Assembly: GCA_016180235.1 (NCBI GenBank)
Contig: JACPBQ010000004.1
Coordinates: 34,940 to 98,939 of the forward strand
From: Candidatus Woesearchaeota archaeon
Lineage (GTDB): Archaea; Nanobdellota; Nanobdellia; Woesearchaeales; GW2011-AR4
Length of the DNA: 64,000 bases
Direction of reading: 5' to 3'
Numbering within the stretch: position 1 is the first letter of the stretch; each line of letters begins with the position of its first letter. Below are positions 59,323-64,000 of this stretch, in pieces. The position numbers and the translations under genes are program-made. The notes beneath the pieces were generated by a model. It was not told the DNA's origin. It made no database searches and was given only the letters and a program-made list of their open reading frames with translations.

Positions 59323-59670
59323 TCAACCAACAGCTTCAAATCCCTCTTCCCCAACTACGAATATTTTGCCTTTAAATTCTTTAACGTCGGCTAAAAGCAA
59401 CGACAAAGCGCTCACAAGCTTTTCTGCTTTAGGTGGATGTATTTGGAAAACTACAATCCCAGAATATTCTTTAGGTGGAAACAAAGAGATTCTAAGAAAA
59501 TCCCTGTCTCTGCTCAATAATACAAGCTCTCTGTCTTTTGCCACTGCCGCCAATCTCCCATTGCTTATGCCTTTGGCTGCGTACTCTGCTGAAAATCCTT
59601 CAGATTCTAGAAACTCTCTAACTTCTATTGGCACATTCTCATCAAGCAGGAATTTTAGAGAATTTAACAT
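59323..59670 (-). CDS. DUF5615-like (PIN/Mut7-C-like) putative toxin
   Basis: LKFLLDENVP...GISNGRLAAVAKDRELVLLSRDRDF. Confidence 0.5.
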   Translation of the reverse strand: MLNSLKFLLDENVPIEVREFLESEGFSAEYAAKGISNGRLAAVAKDRELVLLSRDRDFLRISLFPPKEYSGIVVFQIHPPKAEKLVSALSLLLADVKEFKGKIFVVGEEGFEAVG

Positions 59671-59887
59671 AACGTTCCCCACTGATAACTTTGGCGGCAT
59701 GCTCCAAAGCTTCTCTTATCATTTCTTTGCTCAGACCGGGATAACTCTTCATCAATTTCTCCGAACTTTCCCCAGCAGCAACCAATTCAACAATGTCACT
59801 AACTAAAACTCTTGTACCCTTAAAAGTAGGCTTTCCATGGCAGATTTCAGTATCAGCAACGATGTGCCTGCTAATTTTGACTCTCAT
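59642..59887 (-). CDS. DUF433-like putative antitoxin
   Basis: ADTEICHGKPTFKGTRVLVSDIVELVAAGES.EKLMKSYPGLSKEMIREAL; overlaps the downstream DUF5615 gene. Confidence 0.5.
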   Translation of the reverse strand: MRVKISRHIVADTEICHGKPTFKGTRVLVSDIVELVAAGESSEKLMKSYPGLSKEMIREALEHAAKVISGERYVKFSKIPA

Positions 59888-60027
59888 AATGGAAATAACG
59901 GCGATGGAATATTTAAAGGTTTTGAAAGCACAATAAATGCTCATTAAAAAGCTGGGGACAAAACTTAATAAGAATTTTATTGTGGCTTCTGAAGGTAAAA
60001 TTGGAATCAGGAAGGTATAAAAAACAT

Positions 60028-60116
60028 TGTTCTTCTGGGTTAATATTTCCTACAGCTTTAAGCGTTGGAACTTACAATAACACCTGGAATCTAACTGTGA
60101 TTGACTTGCCGTAAGG
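60028..60116 (+). repeat. relic copy (~85% identity) of the last ~89 nt of the giant gene (59090..59178), now flanking a TA-module insertion
   Basis: tgttcttctggg...gttggaacttacaataacacctggaatct(g/a)actgtgattgacttgccgtaagg is present at both sites. Confidence 0.7.
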
Positions 60117-60188
60117 AAAGATTGAAAACAGAAAGATTTAAATATAAATGATGATAAATGATTACTATTAGATGTAAAGTGATGATAA

Positions 60189-60698
60189 ATGATTATGTCC
60201 AATAGCTCGCCATTAATACTTTTGGCGAAAATAAACAAGTTAAGCGTGCTAGAAAAATTGTATAAAAAAATACACATACCCTATGAAGTTTACAATGAAA
60301 CTGTTATTAGGGGTAAAAAAGAAAACTACAGCGATGCAGCGCTTATCGAAGGGCACATAAACGAAATTATTTTTGTGATAAACCTAAATTCAGCATATAA
60401 AAAGGAGGCAGAAAAATTAAGCAATATCCTGGGATCAGGCGAGAGTGAAGCAATAGCCTTATGCCTGCAAGAAAAAGCAAAATTATTTTTAGTGGACAAC
60501 CTCGAACCCAGGAAAATTTCCCAGGTCAAAGGCATAAAATGCAGAAGTACTCCGGGGATACTGCTAGAAGCCCTCAAAAGAAAGGCTATATCATCCAATG
60601 AATACGAATCTGCAATCAAAGAGCTTTCAAAATACGCCTGGCTTTCAGGAGATGTTGTTGCATATTTTTTAGAGCAGGGGTATAAACTGAGATCATAA
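60189..60698 (+). CDS. DUF3368-like PIN-domain protein (putative toxin)
   Basis: ILLAKINKLSVLEKLY...IPYEV...GSGESEAIALC...LVDNLEPRK...GILLEALKRKAIS. Confidence 0.5.
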   Translation: MIMSNSSPLILLAKINKLSVLEKLYKKIHIPYEVYNETVIRGKKENYSDAALIEGHINEIIFVINLNSAYKKEAEKLSNILGSGESEAIALCLQEKAKLFLVDNLEPRKISQVKGIKCRSTPGILLEALKRKAISSNEYESAIKELSKYAWLSGDVVAYFLEQGYKLRS

Positions 60699-60877
60699 AA
60701 ATCCGCAAAAGTGCTCTACTCAGCCCTAAAGGACTGAGTTTGACAAGCACTTTTATTTATAGCGGATTTTTAGGATGCATGGAAACAAAGTTTCCAGCAC
60801 AGAAAATGCAAAGCATTTTCTTGTGCCAAAAATGTTTGACAACATTTTTGTGCATAAAAACGCGAGGTGAAACCAGG

Positions 60878-61180
60878 ATGAAATTGGGCAGAGTAAGCTT
60901 AACAGTACCGAAAGAGCTGCTGGAAAAGTCTGAAAAAATAGCAAAAGAAAAATTAGAGGACAGATCAACAGTAATGAGAGAACTTCTGGCTTTAGGGCTA
61001 AAGCATTATATGATAGGCAAGGCTGTAGAAAAATATTCCGAAGGCAGGGTTTCGATGGAGAAAGCAGCGGAACTTGCAGACATATCAATCTGGAAATTTT
61101 TAGATATACTTAAAGAAAAAAAGATGCCGCTAAGATATGATTTAGAAGACATAAAAAGGGAGATTGAGGATGCTGCCTAA
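60878..61180 (+). CDS. ribbon-helix-helix + UPF0175-like putative antitoxin
   Basis: VSLTVPKELLEKSEKIAKEK...RSTVMRELLALGL (RHH) then AVEKYSEGRVSMEKAAELADISIWKFLDILKEKKMP (UPF0175-like). Confidence 0.45.
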   Translation: MKLGRVSLTVPKELLEKSEKIAKEKLEDRSTVMRELLALGLKHYMIGKAVEKYSEGRVSMEKAAELADISIWKFLDILKEKKMPLRYDLEDIKREIEDAA

Positions 61181-61407
61181 CTGATATTTAGCTGAGTATA
61201 CAAAAACCTATACTGCCTGCAATATATAAAAAACGAAATGTTTATATAGGGGTTGTCATAAGATAAGTGCAATAAAAATGCAGTTTAAGCATCAATGCTC
61301 ATTTGCGCGCTAAATGGTTGGCTTGCAGCTTTCCAGCAAATTCTTGGCTGTGAGTCCCGGGGGAATTTGGAGCGGAACATTGAGAAAAAAAGAGTGAAAG
61401 CCCCCAA

Positions 61408-62427
61408 ATGATTATAAAGATAAAAGAGAGAGATGCCTCAATAGCGTCGCTATCCACTATTTTTGTCTTAGCTATAATTATTTCTATGTCAATCCCGGTT
61501 ATTTATTCCCAGACTGTTAATACCACTACTGCAGGCTTTGGCGTCTGGGTGGTTATCAGCAACCAAAATCCGGTAAACCTGTCGTTAAGGAACATATCTT
61601 TTGACTTCTCTGTGGATCCTGTAGCAGGCACTACTGTGGATGTCCTAGTTTCATTTAATGTAAGCGATCCAGACGGCCTGTCAAATGTCAACGGGACTGA
61701 TGGAAATGCCAGAGCAGATGTTAACTTTACCCTGGGAGCTCCAAGCACATCCCAATTCAGGACACAGTCCAGCTGCACGAATACGACAAATCCGACTGCA
61801 GGAATGGTTGTATTCAACTGCATTGTTAAGATGAAATATTATGACAACGCGAGCTCCAACTGGGTCATTAATTTGACAGTAACAGATGCAAACGGCGCAA
61901 CTATAAATAACGCCAGCTTTGCAGGCTCGGTAAACACATTTACCTATAACTCCCTGTCCTCATTTTCAATTATCGCAAGAGATGTAAGTGAAGGGGCAAA
62001 CCTGAATTTCAGCAGCGCAAATATAGGAGTAAACGACCAAACTGCAAAAGCGCCTATTTTGCTTAACAATACAGGAAATGCGGACTTTGACAGGATAACT
62101 TTAACAGGCGCTACTTTGCTCCAGGTTGGAGGAGCCGGCACTATTGATATAGGGCAATTTGCTGTTAATACAACCAATAACACAGGAGGAAGAGGCCTGC
62201 CTTTAACAACTGCTGCACAAACAATAAGGGGTGTTGATGATAATACTGCAAACGCAACCCTGCTGCACGGCCCGGGAAAATCAGGAGATACAGTGCCGTA
62301 TAATGGCGTGGCTGACTTCAAGAGCAAAGGGAACCAGTCATTAATCTTCTTCGTGGATATTCCAGCCGGCACAGCAACTGGAAGTTACAACAACACCTGG
62401 AATATAACCGTGACTGACCTGCCGTAA
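61408..62427 (+). CDS. secreted/anchored surface protein, paralog of the C-terminal domain of the giant protein
   Basis: Colinear similarity to the last ~330 aa of 51478..59175, ending ...YNNTWNITVTDLP versus ...YNNTWNLTVIDLP. Confidence 0.65.
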   Translation: MIIKIKERDASIASLSTIFVLAIIISMSIPVIYSQTVNTTTAGFGVWVVISNQNPVNLSLRNISFDFSVDPVAGTTVDVLVSFNVSDPDGLSNVNGTDGNARADVNFTLGAPSTSQFRTQSSCTNTTNPTAGMVVFNCIVKMKYYDNASSNWVINLTVTDANGATINNASFAGSVNTFTYNSLSSFSIIARDVSEGANLNFSSANIGVNDQTAKAPILLNNTGNADFDRITLTGATLLQVGGAGTIDIGQFAVNTTNNTGGRGLPLTTAAQTIRGVDDNTANATLLHGPGKSGDTVPYNGVADFKSKGNQSLIFFVDIPAGTATGSYNNTWNITVTDLP

Positions 62428-62461
62428 GGTTTTTATATCTTAAATCTCTTACTTAGCTAAA

Positions 62462-63031
62462 ATGAGGGTGGTAATCTTAATTTTGTTAAGCCTGGCTCTG
62501 GTTTTAGATGCTAGAGCATTGTCTGTCGCCTCTGATTATCTTGAAGGAGACAGATTAATTTTAGCGGATGGCACTTCAAAAATTTACAGCATCAGGCTGC
62601 AAAATCCGGATTCCGGCGAGCTGGCAGTCAGGATAGATTACGATAAAGACCACATGAAGATCATTGGCTCTAAGGAAGAGTTTACCTTACCGCCAAGCTC
62701 CTCTACAAGGGTAGAATTCAATGTTACTGCCCCGAAATACGTAAAAAATAATAACTTGTTTCCTATCAGCTATACAGTCCATCAAGTATCCGGAGCAGGA
62801 GGGCAAGGAACATCATTCTTGGGGAGAATAAGCAAAAATTTTAATTTGGAGGTCATCAGGGATCCAAACAGGTTTTATTTCGATATTGAATATGCAGTAA
62901 TTGGGGCTGCTGCATTGGCATTCCTGCTTTATATTTTAAGGAAGAATATAAATGGCATAAAGGGCTATTGGAAAAGAAGGGGCAAAGGGTCAAGTAAGGC
63001 ATTCAGAAAAGGAAAAATAAATAAATGGTAA
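62462..63031 (+). CDS. secreted protein with a C-terminal TM anchor and basic tail
   Basis: Signal peptide, then TM AVIGAAALAFLLYIL plus KRRGKGSSKAFRKGK. Confidence 0.45.
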   Translation: MRVVILILLSLALVLDARALSVASDYLEGDRLILADGTSKIYSIRLQNPDSGELAVRIDYDKDHMKIIGSKEEFTLPPSSSTRVEFNVTAPKYVKNNNLFPISYTVHQVSGAGGQGTSFLGRISKNFNLEVIRDPNRFYFDIEYAVIGAAALAFLLYILRKNINGIKGYWKRRGKGSSKAFRKGKINKW

Positions 63032-63049
63032 TGCCGGGCATAAGTTCTT

Positions 63050-64000
63050 ATGAGAAAAAGAGCATTATTTTTATTAATAACCCTTGCAATGATAATTTCC
63101 CAAGCTGCCCATGGCCAAAGCGGCAGCGCTTCCGTAGGCCTGACAATAGGCGCTTTTGATTCTGACAGGGATGGGATACCAGATTCTGAGGATGAAGATG
63201 ATGATAATGACGGAATCGAAGATGCAGATGACAGCTTGACAGGAAATTCAAACTCCGTGCAATCAAGCACTGCGACTGTTAATGTTAGCGTAAACGGCAC
63301 TGCAAACCTAACAAGAGGATTTAGCCAGGCTTTAGACGTGCTTATTAAAGATGTAAATGTCACTCTAGTCAATTTCTCCTTTAGTTTCAGCGAAAAGACC
63401 CTGAACCTGGCAAATGTTACCATGGAAAGAACTACAGTTGACAACAAAGGCTCTGTACTGGTAAGAGGCATAACATTAACTGCAGGAAACACAAAAACAA
63501 TGTATGTTGATAATGCCAATACAAGCATAGACAGGCTCTGCATAAAGGATGCGCAAATAGATCTAATATCTGAAATAAGCAGCGACTGCAGCGGAGCAAA
63601 CGAGACTGCAATCACATGCCCGGGAAGTTCTGGAAGCTACACGTGCAGCAAAGTTGATGATAATACAAGATTCAAGATAACGGGGCTAAGTCATACCGGC
63701 ATCATACAGCAGGCAGCTGCATCAGCAGAAGATTTGGGATCTCCGGGCGGCGGGGATTCGACTGGAGGCGGCGGTGGAGGGGGAGGCGGAGGTGGTACAG
63801 CTCAAACGAAATCAGACTTTGACATTGATAAAGATACAATCAAGATTGTCTTAAGGCAGGGAGAGACAAAAGAGGAGAAATTCAGCATCAAGAATACTGG
63901 AGACACCACACTTGATATAACAACCTATTTAGATGCATTGAAAGGCTTAATTGTGTCGCCAAGCTCTGAGGATACAAAGTCAACATTAAACCCCGGTGAG
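63050..64000 (+). CDS. secreted protein with acidic Ca-binding-like Asp repeats and a Gly-rich linker; runs off the window end
   Basis: ATG at 63050, signal peptide MRKRALFLLITLAMIISQAAHG, then DSDRDGIPDSEDEDDDNDGIEDADD and ...GGGDSTGGGGGGGGGG...; no stop before 64000. The antisense ORF 62965..63615 is spurious. Confidence 0.55.
   Translation, partial: MRKRALFLLITLAMIISQAAHGQSGSASVGLTIGAFDSDRDGIPDSEDEDDDNDGIEDADDSLTGNSNSVQSSTATVNVSVNGTANLTRGFSQALDVLIKDVNVTLVNFSFSFSEKTLNLANVTMERTTVDNKGSVLVRGITLTAGNTKTMYVDNANTSIDRLCIKDAQIDLISEISSDCSGANETAITCPGSSGSYTCSKVDDNTRFKITGLSHTGIIQQAAASAEDLGSPGGGDSTGGGGGGGGGGGTAQTKSDFDIDKDTIKIVLRQGETKEEKFSIKNTGDTTLDITTYLDALKGLIVSPSSEDTKSTLNPGE

Noticed and set aside
62965-63615. 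216-aa minus-strand ORF
   Set aside because: Overlaps a plus-strand ORF starting at 63050 with a clear signal peptide and acidic repeat domain that continues to the window end; the minus-strand translation is low complexity.
1-64000. Possibility that the contig is bacterial (because of the MEP pathway, RelE, sigma-r4-like HTH)
   Set aside because: The r-protein/RNAP operon order, L18e, S24e, S27ae, Spt4, RpoN, NAC, diphthine synthase, ATP-dependent ligase, archaeal LeuRS and intron-containing tRNAs are archaeal; the bacterial-like genes are better explained as acquisitions.

Overview
Archaeal genomic window, AT-rich (roughly mid-30s % GC by eye) and gene-dense. Archaeal hallmarks are unambiguous: an r-protein/RNAP operon (S13-S4-S11-RpoD-L18e-L13-S9 ... 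RpoN-S15), RpoE'/Spt4/S24e/S27ae, NAC-alpha, a Sec61-beta-like gene, ATP-dependent DNA ligase, diphthine synthase, CDC48, FtsZ, archaeal-type LeuRS, RNase P RNA, SRP RNA, and intron-containing tRNAs. Despite this, the window carries a clustered, bacterial-type non-mevalonate (MEP/DOXP) isoprenoid pathway (ispG, dxr, ispD/F fusion, ispE, ispH) followed by a GGPP-synthase-like gene. The 46-64 kb stretch is an accessory, surface-oriented region. It contains two paralogous 'tandem double-HTH' genes (sigma-70 region-4-like), each preceded by arrays of direct repeats and followed by membrane/surface protein genes that share an 'ITGFAV' motif just after the N-terminal hydrophobic segment. It also has a duplicated wHTH regulator locus with dense ATTTGAATGA motif arrays, a 2565-aa repetitive surface protein with near-identical 303-nt tandem repeats, two PIN-type toxin-antitoxin-like pairs inserted between surface-protein paralogs (with an ~89-nt relic duplication of the giant gene's 3' end), and further secreted proteins. 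Other notable items are a probable LAGLIDADG-like selfish gene inserted between rps9 and rpoN, a tandem pair of HEPN-like paralogs, two inverted copies of a divergent (wHTH + small protein) module bracketing the SRP-RNA-to-ispG segment, three intron-bearing tRNAs (one with a non-canonical T-arm insertion), a disrupted MscS gene and several GC-rich structured intergenic elements. All family assignments come from reading motifs by eye without database searches, and RNA boundaries are approximate.
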